A DNA stretch of 38,820 nucleotides from a virus (Duplodnaviria; Heunggongvirae; Uroviricota; Caudoviricetes), in IMG/VR virus record IMGVR_UViG_2908572912_000003. One strand, written 5' to 3'. Of the stretch, positions 37,612 through 38,820 are shown piece after piece. The translations under genes and the position numbers were made by a program. Under the pieces are notes generated by a model. The model worked only from the letters and a program-made list of their open reading frames with translations. It was not told where the DNA came from and did not search any database. How positions within the stretch are numbered: the first letter of the stretch is position 1; each line of letters begins with the position of its first letter.

Positions 37612-38820
37612 CTATGATAGTTCAGTGTAAAGTTCTATCAGCTCAGTAATGAATGCTCCGAGCGTTATTAATTCTTCTCTAACTGCTTCTGGGTATTTTT
37701 TATGTAAAGTTGATGGTACAACGAGTCTGACACCCGCATCTTTCATTTCTCGGTATTGTGCTGAAGAAACACCTTCTTGCAGCGTAAATAAATGTACCTG
37801 ATGGATTTTATCTGCTTCATTCAGTATCTGACGCCAGCGATCTTTGCAGGTGGTCTTTACTGCCAGCATACGTAAGTTTTCTACAGGAAATTCAGCGTTA
37901 TGATATGCCTCTGCTGAAGGAAACAGGAAATCTGGTTTTTTATTACCTTCAGTAACTGCCTGAGTGGAGAAATGCCGTAGTCCGTGCTCGATAAAAAGCT
38001 TCTCTAGGTGAAGTTCAAGTGATTTACCTGCCCTTGATTTACGTCGATTACTGACAGAGTTGGCTAATGCAATAAACTCATCTACAGAATCGAACCCTTT
38101 CTTAATAATATCAAGAACATGTAATTCCTCGACGAGTAGAAAAATATCATACTCGACACGCCGACGGTCAATCAGTTGCTCATCTGGATCCTTGGAGTTT
38201 TTAGCATAATGGCCAGCAGCATATTGAATAATTTCGTTTCCAGAAGGAAAACGCTTCTTCCAGTCTTCAGGAATAACATATTTATGATTTACTGGAGTTT
38301 GCTGAAGAGACAATCCGCCCAAAATTTGTCCGGCAGGGCCGGAAATTAGGGTTCCAGGTATGATTTCGCCAATAGCAGACTCGATGATATCCTCTTCATC
38401 GGGATTGACGCAGACCCATATATCTACCTCGGAACAGTCAGTGTTCTGTTCGTTTAACCTGAAAGCAAGAATTGTGAGGGCTCCTGTATTTTCAGGGTTC
38501 TGTAATGGACTTCCTCTCCCCCAGCGCGTAATTCTTTTTTCGTTTCGGGTCTTACCAAAATAACGGTTGTTGTAATAAATTGCGCGTGCTTGGGTATCAG
38601 GGCAATCATGGGATGATACATGCGCAGTAAGGAAGACTGAAGGGTTCAGTTCGCGAGTATGATTGATAGATGGAAAAAGCTTTTCAACGATATTTGAGGG
38701 GATATAAAGTCCGACCTGATGGCCACCTGTTGCGCCTGTGTCGTTTGCAGAAAGGCGTTTGATGTAGATAAAGTAATTCCCGCTTGCGATATCAAGCAGC
38801 CAGTTATGAAAAACCGACAT
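37612..38820 (-). CDS. ecoRIIR: Type II restriction endonuclease EcoRII
   Basis: 402 aa starting MSVFHNWLLDIASGNYFIYIKRLSANDTGATGGHQVGLYIPS..., near-identical over long stretches to recalled R.EcoRII; convergent with the methyltransferase; the start codon is the last three bases of the window. Confidence 0.9.
   Translation of the reverse strand: MSVFHNWLLDIASGNYFIYIKRLSANDTGATGGHQVGLYIPSNIVEKLFPSINHTRELNPSVFLTAHVSSHDCPDTQARAIYYNNRYFGKTRNEKRITRWGRGSPLQNPENTGALTILAFRLNEQNTDCSEVDIWVCVNPDEEDIIESAIGEIIPGTLISGPAGQILGGLSLQQTPVNHKYVIPEDWKKRFPSGNEIIQYAAGHYAKNSKDPDEQLIDRRRVEYDIFLLVEELHVLDIIKKGFDSVDEFIALANSVSNRRKSRAGKSLELHLEKLFIEHGLRHFSTQAVTEGNKKPDFLFPSAEAYHNAEFPVENLRMLAVKTTCKDRWRQILNEADKIHQVHLFTLQEGVSSAQYREMKDAGVRLVVPSTLHKKYPEAVREELITLGAFITELIELYTELS

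Overview
The window reads as a tandem array of horizontally acquired elements sharing tmRNA (ssrA) 3'-end-like attachment cores, with no host housekeeping genes visible. (1) Positions 1-7780: a P4-like satellite prophage, with left-operon genes (AlpA-like, Icd-like), a GGTGAACAG iteron cluster, sid-delta-psu, a P2/P4-like cos site, a 743-aa AT-rich cargo gene in the psu-int slot, and a P4-type integrase beside the att core at 7781-7808. (2) Positions 7809-34900: a defective prophage carrying a DarT-like/NADAR-like two-gene pair beside its integrase, an early region, an IS1 that truncates the terminase, HK97-type head genes, Mu-type contractile tail and baseplate genes, an IS186 after the tape measure gene, a lipoprotein gene, and an acyltransferase gene after the tail fibre genes. 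(3) Positions 34917-38820: a degenerate att-like core followed by a GIY-YIG nuclease gene and a complete EcoRII-type restriction-modification pair. The best candidates for an undescribed function are the 743-aa cargo protein and the DarT-like pair. All protein calls rest on motifs and recalled family sequences, not on database searches.
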